From: Macrostomum hystrix
Taxonomy: Eukaryota; Animalia; Platyhelminthes
Direction: 5' to 3'
NCBI GenBank assembly: GCA_950097015.1
Contig: CATNEN010000025.1
Span: 4,712,001-4,776,000, forward strand
DNA: 64,000 nt
In this document: positions 12,890-24,100 of the stretch, piece after piece
Layout of the letters: every line of letters starts with the position of its first letter
Numbering within the stretch: the first letter of the stretch is position 1
Position numbers and translations under genes: made by a program
The notes under the pieces: generated by a model
Database searches by the model: none
What the model was told of the DNA's origin: nothing
Seen by the model: the letters and a program-made list of their open reading frames with translations, nothing else

Positions 12890-13800
12890 AAGAGAGAGAG
12901 GGAGAATGGAAGAATGGGTAGAGGGTATGAGAGGGAAGAGAGGATAGAAGAGAAAGATAGTTAGAATGAGAAAAGAGAGAGAATAGGAATAGAGGGAGCA
13001 GAGAACGAGAAGGAAAAAAGGAAGAGAGTGGAGAAGGGGTAGAGAGCAGAGGAGGGGAAGAGAGGGGAGAAGGGGAAGAGAGGGAGGAAAGGAAGAGAGG
13101 GGAGAGGGGGAGGAGAGTCAAGAAGGGGAAGAGACGGAGGAGGGGAAGAGAGTGGAGGAGGGGAAGAGAGGGAGGAGGGGAAGAGAGTGGAGGAGGGGAA
13201 GAGAGGGAGGAGGGGAAGAGAGGGAGGAGGGGAAGAGAGTGGAGAGGGGGAGGAGAGTCGAGAAGGGGAAGAGAGGGAGGAGGGGAAGAGAGGGAGGAGG
13301 GGAAGAAAGGGGAAGAGAGGGGAGAAGGGGTAGAGAGCAGAGGAGGGGAAGAGAGTGGAGAAGGGGAAGAGAGGGAGGAAAGGAAGAGAGGGGAGAGGGG
13401 GAGGAGAGTCAAGAAGGGGAAGAGAGGGAGGAGGGGAAGAGAGGGAGGAGGGGAAGAGAGTGAAGGAGGGGAAGAGAGTGGAGGAGGGGAAGAGAGTGGA
13501 GGAGGGGAAGAGAGTGGAGGAGGGGAAGAGAGTGGAGGAGGGGAAGAGAGTGGAGGATGGGAAGAGAGGGAGGAGGGGAAGAGAGTGGAGGAGGGGAAGA
13601 GAGGGGAGAGGGGGAGGAGAGTCGAGAAGGGGAAGAGAGGGAGGAGGGGAAGAGAGGGAGGAGGGGAAGAGAGGGGGAAGAAAGGGGAAGAGAGGGGAGA
13701 AGGGGAGGAGAGTGGAGAAGAGGAAGACAGAAATGGAGCGGAAGAAAGGGGAAGAGAGGGTAAAGGGAAAAGAGAGGACCGAAGAGGAAGTCAGGGGAGA
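12890..13800. repeat. Polypurine GA-rich low-complexity array (ggaggaggggaagagag)
   Basis: About 900 bp almost purely A/G on +. Confidence 0.9.
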
Positions 13801-14349
13801 AGGGTTAAGAGTTAGGAGATGATATACGGCAGACAAGTTGTCGAGTTCATGCAGTGCAGCCCTTAAGTCCCCAGTTTCAGTTGATAAGGACTGTTTTCAA
13901 CCCAGCTCAGGTCGTTGGTCAGTTGGCCAACTATTTTAGACAGTCAAATTATTGAGTGCAATTTGAGCAGACTCTTCGAACTGGTTATTTGCTCAGCGTG
14001 GCTTTGAGTACTATATGGACTCAGTGCTTCTCAAGTTTCGAATGGGGCCAAATGTGCAATTCTCACATCTCATGTCTCTCTACTGTTGTCCAAGCAAGTC
14101 TCGACCAAAAAAGGAAGGCCGACCAATTATCGATCGATTGAATTCAAACACTGGCAATCGAGCATGGGACCATCAGGCATAGGCAGCTGTTCTCACTGAT
14201 GCTGACCAAGTGCGTGACTTCACTGAATTACGCTTGTAACAATGTATGAGATTCAGTAAAGCATTTCTGCTTTTCATATATCTACTTTACTATCAGATAC
14301 TCGAGACACGAATAATGACACAGTATTAGACGAATCCTAGAACTGGCTG

Positions 14350-16490
14350 CAGGGGAGGGTGACAAGAATGTGACTAGCTGTGTAGGAGAGTGACAAGCAT
14401 GTGACTAGCTGTGTAGGAGAGTGACAAGCATGTGACTAGCTGTGTAGGAGAGTGACAAGCATGTGACTAGCTGTGTAGGAGAGTGACAAGAATGTGACTA
14501 GCTGTGTAAGAAGAGTGACAAGCATGTGACTAGCTGTGTAGTAGAGTGACACGAATGTGACTAGCTGTATAGTAGAGTGACAAGAATGTGACTAGCTGTG
14601 TAAGAAGAGTGACAAGAATGTGACTAGCTGTGTAAGAGAGTGACAAGAGTGTGACTAGCTGTGTAGGAGAGTGACAAGAATGTGACTAGCTGTGTAGGAG
14701 AGTGACAAGCATGTGACTAGCTGTGTAGGAGAGTGACAAGAATGTGACTAGCTGTGTAAGAAGAGTGACAAGCATGTGACTAGCTGTGTAGTAGAGTGAC
14801 ACGAATGTGACTAGCTGTATAGTAGAGTGACAAGAATGTGACTAGCTGTGTAAGAAGAGTGACAAGAATGTGACTAGCTGTGTAAGAGAGTGACAAGAGT
14901 GTGACTAGCTGTGTAGGAGAGTGACAAGAATGTGACTAGCTGTGTAAGAGAGTGACAAGAATGTGACTAGCTGTGTAGGAGAGTGACAAGCATGTGACTA
15001 GCTGTGTAGGAGAGTGACAAGCATGTGACTAGCTGTGTAGGAGAGTGACAAGAATGTGACTAGCTGTGTAAGAAGAGTGACAAGCATGTGACTAGCTGTG
15101 TAGTAGAGTGACACGAATGTGACTAGCTGTATAGTAGAGTGACAAGAATGTGACTAGCTGTGTAAGAAGAGTGACAAGAATGTGACTAGCTGTGTAAGAG
15201 AGTGACAAGAGTGTGACTAGCTGTGTAGGAGAGTGACAAGAATGTGACTAGCTGTGTAGGAGAGTGACAAGAATGTGACTAGCTGTGTAAGAGGGTGACA
15301 AGAGTGTGACTAGCTGTGTAGGAGAGTGACAAGCACGTGACTAGCTGTGTAGGAGAGTGACAGGAATGCAACTGGCTGTAGAGAAGAGTGACAAGAATGT
15401 GACTAGCTGTGTAAGAGAGTGACAAGCATGTGGTTAGCTGTGTAGGAGACTGACAAGCATGTGATGAGCTTTGTAGGAGAGTGACAAGCATGTGACTAGC
15501 TGTGTAGTAGAGTGACAAGAATGCAACTGGCTGTAGAGAAGAGTGACAATAATGTGACTAGCTGTGTAGGAGAGTGACACAAATGTGACTAGCTGTGTAA
15601 GAGAGTGACACGAATGTAACTAGATGTGTAAGAGAGTGACAAGAATGTGACTAGCTGTGTAGGAGAGTGACAAGAATGTGACTAGCTGTGTAGGAGAGTG
15701 ACAAGCATGTGACTAGCTGTGTAGGAGAGTGACAAGCATGTGACTAGCTGTGTAGGAGAGTGACAAGCATGTGACTAGCTGTGTAGGAGAGTGACAAGAA
15801 TGTGACTAGCTGTGTAAGAAGAGTGACAAGCATGTGACTAGCTGTGTAGTAGAGTGACACGAATGTGACTAGCTGTATAGTAGAGTGACAAGAATGTGAC
15901 TAGCTGTGTAAGAAGAGTGACAAGAATGTGACTAGCTGTGTAAGAGAGTGACAAGAGTGTGACTAGCTGTGTAGGAGAGTGACAAGAATGTGACTAGCTG
16001 TGTAGGAGAGTGACAAGAATGTGACTAGCTGTGTAAGAGGGTGACAAGAGTGTGACTAGCTGTGTAGGAGAGTGACAAGCACGTGACTAGCTGTGTAGGA
16101 GAGTGACAGGAATGCAACTGGCTGTAGAGAAGAGTGACAAGAATGTGACTAGCTGTGTAAGAGAGTGACAAGCATGTGGTTAGCTGTGTAGGAGACTGAC
16201 AAGCATGTGATGAGCTTTGTAGGAGAGTGACAAGCATGTGACTAGCTGTGTAGTAGAGTGACAAGAATGCAACTGGCTGTAGAGAAGAGTGACAATAATG
16301 TGACTAGCTGTGTAGGAGAGTGACACAAATGTGACTAGCTGTGTAAGAGAGTGACACGAATGTAACTAGATGTGTAAGAGAGTGACAAGAATGTGACTAG
16401 CTGTGTAGGAGAGTGACAAGAATGTGACTAGCTGTGTAAGAGAGTGACAAGAATGTGACTAGCTGTGTTGGAGAGTGTCAAGAATGCAAC
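14350..16490. repeat. 31-bp minisatellite with higher-order structure (gagagtgacaagaatgtgactagctgtgtag)
   Basis: About 68 units; diagnostic variants recur at 250, 312 and 746 bp spacing. Confidence 0.95.
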
Positions 16491-17204
16491 TAGTTATTAA
16501 GGAGAGTGACAATATATTAGTACAGATGGTATTTCAATAGTTGAGTCATTTGAGGCATGGGTTAATCCGGCATGTTATGATGTTGCGAATGCAGCTCAGC
16601 CAGATTATTTGATTAATTTCCACAAAGCTCCTAATTTGTCAAGAGAGCCTGATGGCCGACAAAATGAGCTCTCAAAATGGATAGCTGAGGAATTGTCATC
16701 TGCCTCCTAGCTTTTAGGGGCTTATGGCCTTTCTGTCAGTGCCCAGGGGGCATTGGATGCTTGACTCTTCTGGTTGGGAAACAGATCCCAAAGGGATAAT
16801 ACCGGACAATGTTCAGTGGAATTCCGAGACAAGCTTTGATCCTACTTTTATCCGTTTAATTTGCTGGATAAAAAAAGTGAAATTCTAACGAGGTTAATGA
16901 AGTTTTTCGTTAAACTGTGGAACTTCTTCAGATCTCCCCTGAGAGGCATGAGAGCCCTGTTTTGAAGCAATGTCCAATTTGAGGTCACCAAAATCTAATT
17001 CGCTGAATTCTAGCCGAGAAACATTTGTCATTCCTCCTTCGCTATACGCGCTTCCTGTTATACACAGGTTAGTTGCTGCTACAAGCTTGAAGAAGATGTC
17101 TTAGAGGGCATTGTGGAGGGCGATTCTGCAGGTGTTGAAAATGTACAGTCTCTCACCAGGCTGTGCCGGTAGAGCGCAAGAAATTTACTGCTTGGAATTC
17201 GTAG

Positions 17205-17206
17205 AT

Positions 17207-17266
<60 letters not shown>

Positions 17267-17267
17267 C

Positions 17268-17306
<39 letters not shown>

Positions 17307-17359
17307 CAGATAGATAGATAGATAGATAGACAGATAGATAGATAGATAGATAGATAGAC

Positions 17360-17445
<86 letters not shown>
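17205..17445. repeat. (GATA)n microsatellite
   Basis: About 60 GATA/GACA units. Confidence 0.97.
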
Positions 17446-17447
<2 letters not shown>

Positions 17448-18137
17448 TTTTTAACCTGATTGACGTTAGCAATGCGAGCCAGGAGATTGTGTTTCACTCG
17501 CTCACACTAGCTGCACGGGTCGGGGCAGTCCCAGCAGAGTTAGCTGATCGTGAAGGCGGGTTGGTAACCTCTACGAAACAGGATTTAGGGAGGAAGAAAG
17601 AAGGATTGGGAGAAAAAAATGGCCGCGAAGTCGCGCAGAAGATGCCCCCTTTGGATGCTGCAGGTGCGCAAACTTCCCAAATTTTGCCCCCTTCCCCCAG
17701 TTCCTCATAACTCTATAAGCGCGCAGGTGTTCAATGTTCATGGCCGTCATGGAGTGGGATTAGTTGATGCACATACGCAGTAGAAATACATATAAATTGT
17801 TCCACAAAGAACCATCTGCTTCGTAGGACAGTCCGATTGGACCTGCTATAGGAGCTACTAGCTGACAGGAGTTTTTACAATGTGAGGCTTTTTCAGTGAA
17901 ATAGTTTTATCCATTAGAAAGAGTTATGGATAGAAAATGTTTGAACACTGTTTGACTTGTACTCGTTTTCACTTCGAAGAGGGATTCTCACACCAAAACT
18001 CCTGAGCTCGAATCCGCGGTTGTGAATGTGAGTCCGAATTCAGTTGGGGCGCAGCTTTCGAAGAGAAGGCCTAGCAACAATTATTTTCTTTATTTGGACT
18101 TCAACTGTTAGAAAATGCTTCCAACCTTGCAGTTGCT

Positions 18138-21100
18138 ATGCGGTGGCAGTGGATAAGGCTGCTGTCTATGGCTCAGCTGATCCTGTCACTAGGCACCTAT
18201 GCTCGCCAATCGCAGCAGCTGCAGTTTCTTCACAAGCTGTGCCTGGAGCCTGTACTGCTGGACTCAATGGACGCCCTGAAGGAGGTCGGGCCACGCTACA
18301 ACCAGCTGCAGACGGGGCTCGCAGCCAATCAGAAAGCTCTGAATGAGACTCTGTTCGAATTTGTGCTGCACGACTTGAAGAATCTGGACAAGGCGGCGCA
18401 GACTCCAAAGAACCTGGTGCAGACGGTCTGTCGAATGCTAGAAATGGACGAGCCAAATTATGCCAACGCTCTGCTCATCGCCTCCGTGGCGCGCCGCTAC
18501 GTCAGCAACCGGGCCGCCACCAGCGCCACGGAGTACCTGATGCACCTGGCCACTTCGCTGGGCATTCCCTGCTTCACCTACCTGGGCAACGCTGTGGCTC
18601 AGCTGGATGTGAGTGCCGAATAGAATGGAATAGAATGGAATAGAATGGAATAGAATGGCATAGAATGGAATAGAATGACATAGAATGGAATAGAATGGAA
18701 TAGAATGGAATAGAATGGAATAGAATGACATAGAATGGAATAGAATGGAATAGAATGACATAGAATGACATAGAATGGAATAGAATGGAATATAATGACA
18801 TAGAATGGAATAGAATGGAATAGAATGACAGAATGGAATAGAATGGAATATAATGGAATAGAATGGAATAGAATGGAATAGAATGGAAAAGAATGGAATA
18901 GAATGGAATAGAATGGAATAGAACAGAGTATAATAGAACAAAGCAAAAAGTATTAGGTAGAATACAGCTTTTAAAAATGTAACTTTCTTCTCGCCATCTC
19001 CTCTACTTCTACCAAGAAATATTGAGTCGAAGCCAAACAAGCAGAAAATTTAATCCATGACATTTCAAATCCCTCCCTAATTTTTGGGATTTGACGCAAA
19101 TCCGTCTAAAAAAGTAATTATCCTCGTGTTTCAGGCGTAGAAAGGTTTCCTTTACAAAGCAATTTCGTCTGGAAAGAAAATGCCTATAATTGAAAATGTA
19201 CTTTAAATTTCTAATTTTGCAGCAAATGTCCATCAAGTCTAAGGTGAGACCATGGCATATTTCGCATATTTTGTAGCTGACCTGACTCTGACTGGCCTGA
19301 CAAAAGGCAATCTGAACTGTTACTCATTTTACTTTCCTTTCATCTATTAATATTTTGCCTTCTGCTCGCTAGCAAACTGTTTTGTACACAATGGCATTAT
19401 CAGAACAAACACACGCGACTGCCAATTTAAACTTTTTAACTCACACCATGCCATTTGAGATTCTTTAGAATCTGCTATTCGATCTTTTCTGTCAACTGAC
19501 AAATTTGCTATCTATGCGCGTTTAAAGACACTAAACCAGACACTGTGGGCTGGGAGGCAGACACACTGGGGGAGGGGGGGCAGACACACTGGGGGAGGGG
19601 GGCAGACACACTGGGGGAGGGGGGCAGGCACACTGGGGGAGGGGGGCAGACACACTGGGGGAGGGGGGCAGGCACACTGGGGGAGGGAGGCAGACACACT
19701 GGGGGAGGGGGGCAGACACACTGGGGGAGGGGGGCAGGCACACTGGGGGAGGGAGGCAGACACACTGGGGGAGGGTGGGTAGGGAGGCAGACACACTGGG
19801 GGAGGGTGGGGAGGGAGGCAGACACACTGGGGGAGGGTGGGGAGGGAGGCAGACACACTTGGGGAGGGTGGGCTGGGAGGCAGACACACTGGGGGAGGGG
19901 GGGGGCAGGCACACTGGGGGAGGGGGGCAGACACACTGGGGGAGGGGGGCAGACACACTGGGGGAGGGGGGCAGGCACACTGGGGGAGGGAGGCAGACAC
20001 ACTGGGGGAGGGGGGCAGGCACACTGGGGGAGGGGGGCAGACACACTGGGGGAGGGGGGCAGACACACTGGGGGAGGGGGGCAGGCACACTGGGGGAGGG
20101 AGGCAGACACACTGGGGGAGGGTGGGTAGGGAGGCAGACACACTGGGGGAGGGTGGGGAGGGAGGCAGACACACTGGGGGAGGGTGGGGAGGGAGGCAGA
20201 CACACTTGGGGAGGGTGGGGAGGGAGGCAGACACACTGGGGGAGGGTGGGGAGGGAGGCAGACACACTGGGGGGAGGGTGAGGAGGGAGGCAGACACACT
20301 AGGGGAGGGTGGGGAGGGAGGCAGACACACTGGGAACCCAAAGTTATAGCTGAATGTCCCCGATCCACGCCACCGCGCAGATGGAACAGCAGCCGATGTG
20401 CATCCGCCTGGAGCCCGGAGCTCACCACGTGGCGACCGCCGTGGCGGACTTCCTGGCCGTGTACAGCTGGCGCCGGCTGTGCCTGATTGTGTCCAGGCAG
20501 ACTCCGGGCTGGCAGGCTGTTGTGGAGAGCCTCAAACAGCTGGCTGAGGACAGTCAGAAGCTGAGCGATCCCAACATATTCAGGCAGGTGTTCCGGCTGC
20601 TTGCGCGTTACTCTGTTGTGGACATTCTGATCGATCTCGAACTCGTCAATCGCTGCCTCCCAATCCGCAGATTCGAAGTCACCCAAGTGCTGCTGTTTGA
20701 AGGCCTGGCACAGATGTCTGACGTCACCAGCTGCGGCCAAACGGCCTGCATTCACGCCTACAACAATGTCCTAAGGCGCCTGGCCCACGGAGAAGACCGA
20801 ATCTTCTTTCTCCATGGCAACTTGTTAGTTGGCTCACTGGCAATTCAACACCGTTTGAATAGAATTAAAATATGTGCTGCAGTGCTGTGGGCATCCAGCA
20901 GAATCGAACTCAGGGACCTTCGCGCAACACAGAATCTAGCATTTGAAAGTACACGCGAATACTGCCAACCCAAGCACCACCAGTCTCAAAACTCCCGCTC
21001 CAAAGCACCCATCCAAAACAAACGTCCGCCCATCCACCCCACCCACCCCAAAACACCTCACCCCAAAACACCCGCCCCAAACCACCCACCCCAAAACCAC

Positions 21101-24100
21101 CCACCTCAAAACCACCCACCCTATAACACCCACCCCAAAACACCTCACCACAAAAAACCGCCTGAAAAAGCCCACCCTAAAACACCCACCCCAAAACACC
21201 TCACCACAAAACAACCGCCTGAAAAAGCCCACCCTAAAACACCCACCCCAAAACACGCGCCCGCAGCGCCGACCTAAGACTTCTGACAATTCAGGCGCAC
21301 AGAAAGGCGGACCAGTTCAGTTTCCTATTCGGACGGGACTATCTGTGGATTGCGGCACCGGCGGCTGTGGCCAGTCCAACTAGCGACATCAAGGCCGGCT
21401 TCAATGCCAACCTGGGCGATATGCAGATCGCTGGACTTTTTGGTAAGATAATAATAAACAAAGGCTTTAAATCATTAGGACTTTTCCACTTGCAAATTAA
21501 TATTTTTCCAAACGCACATGTTCGCAGCATTCTACTACAACAGCGACCTGATCAAAGCTGTCACCGTGGCCTCAAGCGTCTGGTTTCAGGGTCTTCGCCG
21601 ATTCAAGCAGCGCCTGGTGCAAAACTCGGCTCAAAGCGGCTCCACTAACTGGGAAATCCTGCGGCGAATGCGACCGACCTTCAGGTGTTCGAATCGAACA
21701 GGCCTGTACTGGCCAGATGGAAGGGAAATTTTCAGGTAGGCAGCTGCTCATAGAATACCTAATCCAACCAGTCCTGATCCCCTCCTCCCTAGTCCAACCA
21801 GTCCTGATCCCCTCCTCCCTAATCCAACCAGTCCTGATCCCCTCCCTCCCTAATCCAACCAGTCCTGATCCCTCCCTAATCCAACCAGTCCTGATCCACT
21901 CCCGATCCCTAATCCGACCAGTCCTGATCCCCTCCTCCCTAATCCAACCAGTTCTGATCCCCTCCACCCTAGTCCAACCAGTCCTAATCCCCTCCTACCC
22001 ATCTTCTCGCTCGGTGATCCCTCTCCGACATCCCGCAGGCTGGCCCTGAACAGCTCCCACTGCTACGACTGTCACAGCGACGATCAGCGGCAATATATTG
22101 GCTTCGACAGTCACGGCATGCTGAATACAACGGAGTTCATTCTGTTGAACTCGCGGCCAAACAGCCGGCGCGCCTCGACCCACTGGCATCCGGTCGGCCG
22201 CTGGGCGATGAGCAGCCGATACGAGTCTCTTGGCGGAACCTCCTTCGCCATGGAGGGCGTCACCTGGCCTGGACCGTCCAACCAACCCCCGCTGGGAAGG
22301 CCGCGGAAATTCCGTCTAAGAGCGGCCACCCTCAAGGAGGACCCGTTCGTGCGTTACCGGGCGCCAGACGCTCTAAGCGGCGGCGGCAGCGGCTGCGATC
22401 CAGTGTCCCTGCCCTGCCGGGTTCTGGCCGACAATGTCAGCCTGTCCAACAGGTCAGAGTGCTGCCTGAGAACCCGACAGACAATCATTAACTTACTTAA
22501 AGAGTTTAAACCTTCTTTGATAAGCATTAGCATACCTTAGCAACCATTACCCTACCTTGACAATTACTAAGCTTTTAATTTGTGCATTCGGCCATCTCAG
22601 GTACAACTGGTCCGCCCCAAACGCATCATCTGAGCTGCCCTACATTCCCAGCTGCTGCTCAGGTCTGGCCATAGACATGCTCCGCGAGCTCATGAAGGAT
22701 CTTGACTTTGAGGTTGACCTTTTCGAGGTGCCAGACAAAAAGTGGGGCGGTTGGACGGTGAGTCGTTAAAAGCAAATCACCCACCCCGAAACACCCACCA
22801 CAAAACACCCGTCACAAAACACCCACCACAAAACACCCACCACAAAACACCCGTCACAAAACACCCACCACAAAACACCCACCACAAAACACCCACCACA
22901 AAACACCCACCACAAAACACCCACCACAAAACACCCACCACAAAACACCCGTCACAAAACACCCACCACAAAACACCCACCACAAAACACCCGTCACAAA
23001 ACACCCACCACAAAACACCCACCACAAAAAACCCATACAAAACACCCAGCACAATACACCCACCACAAAACACCCACCACAAAACACCCATACAAAACAC
23101 CCACCACAAAACACCCACCACAAAACACCCATACAAAACACCACCACAAAACACCCACACCCGATCCACTCGGCAAAACACCAACATAAAGAAGAACGAA
23201 TGGAACGGCCTGGTCCGAGTGCTTCTAGAAGGCCAGGCAGACATGGTTGTGACTTCGCTGAAGATCACGCCAAACCGCAGCGAGCAGATTGACTTCAGCG
23301 TGCCGTTTCATCGAACCGGGATCACAATTCTAGTGGCGCTGCGCGAAGGAGCCATCTCGACTAAGGCTTTTCTAAGTGAGAATCGCTTAGTGATTGAAGA
23401 ACTCATTGGAGAAAACGTAAATTACAAATCTCTTTTTGAATCGGCATTAAATAAAACAGAGCCGTATGACTATCCGTCCTGGTGCCTCATTCTGGTGTTC
23501 TCGGTTCACGCCTGCGGCGCTGCACTGTTCATGTTCGAGTGGCTCAGCCCGCAGGGGCTTAACAGAGGCAACGTGCCTCCTAGAGGTGAGAAAACCCACT
23601 TCTTATACGAGTCCAGCCTGATAACATAGCCCCCACCCCACTCCGACGGACTACACGTCCAGCCTAATAACACAACCCCCACCCCACTCCGACGGACTGC
23701 AAGTCCAGCCTAATAACACAACCCCCACCCCACTCCGACGGACTGCAAGTCCAGCCTAATAACACAACCCCCATCCAACACCGACGGACTACAAGTCCAG
23801 CCTGATAACACAACCCCCACCCCACTCCGACGGACTGCAAGTCCAGCCTGATAACACAACCTCCACCCCACTCCGACGGACTGCAAGTCCAGCCTGATAA
23901 CACAACCTCCACCCCACTCCGACGGACTGCAAGTCCAGCCTGATAACACAACCTCCACCCCACTCCGACGGACTGCAAGTCCAGCCTGATAACACAACCC
24001 CCACCCCACTCCGACGGACTGCAAGTTCAGCCTGATAACACAACCCCCACCCCACTCCGACGGACTGCAAGTCCAGCCTGATAACACAACCCCCACCCCA

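Noticed and set aside
17153-17497. IYLS-repeat ORFs
   Set aside because: Translation of the (GATA)n microsatellite
18620-18925. Human satellite II/III contamination ((GGAAT)n-like)
   Set aside because: Sits seamlessly inside a phase-consistent intron of the GRIN2 gene; a simple pentamer repeat arises convergently
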